From: Piromyces finnis finn
Taxonomy: Eukaryota; Fungi; Neocallimastigomycota
Reading direction: 5' to 3'
Length of the DNA stretch: 64,000 bases
Assembly (NCBI GenBank): GCA_002104945.1
Contig: MCFH01000032.1
Span: 1 to 64,000, forward strand
Shown here piece after piece: positions 64,000 to 64,000 of the stretch. The notes beneath the pieces are model-generated. The model saw only the letters and a program-made list of their open reading frames with translations. It ran no database searches and was not told the DNA's origin. The position numbers were made by a program, and so were the translations under genes. Numbering within the stretch: the stretch's first letter is position 1; the number at the start of each line of letters is the position of its first letter.

Positions 64000-64000
64000 C

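Overview
Extremely AT-rich eukaryotic DNA. The fungal Kin1-type kinase, short AT-rich introns and long microsatellites fit an anaerobic gut fungus (Neocallimastigomycota); this is an inference. Positions 1-47.5 kb are a retrotransposon pile organised around six tRNA genes: Val-TAC x2, iMet x2 and Cys-GCA x2. Positions 1-10131 form a near-perfect palindrome that may be a fold-back assembly artefact. There are two TSD-flanked full-length Ty3/gypsy chromovirus-like elements (A, 21304-31554; F, 39184-45739), both with Tf1-type self-priming PBSs. There is also a chimeric gypsy relic (12188-18222), a deleted relative of A, and many solo LTRs (family letters A-P are my own labels). Insertions sit at fixed distances from tRNAs: exactly 65 bp upstream for family B, and 12-15 bp upstream for A, D and E. 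An end-to-end train of solo LTRs ends 14 bp before tRNA-Cys. The most unusual object is a 1.7 kb 5'-truncated CRESS-DNA-virus-type Rep (HUH motif III plus SF3 helicase, frame still open). It is flanked by a 7-bp duplication and lies inside a solo LTR that itself interrupts the gag of element A. Positions 48.7-64 kb hold a six-exon Kin1/MARK kinase gene, microsatellites and two partial genes.
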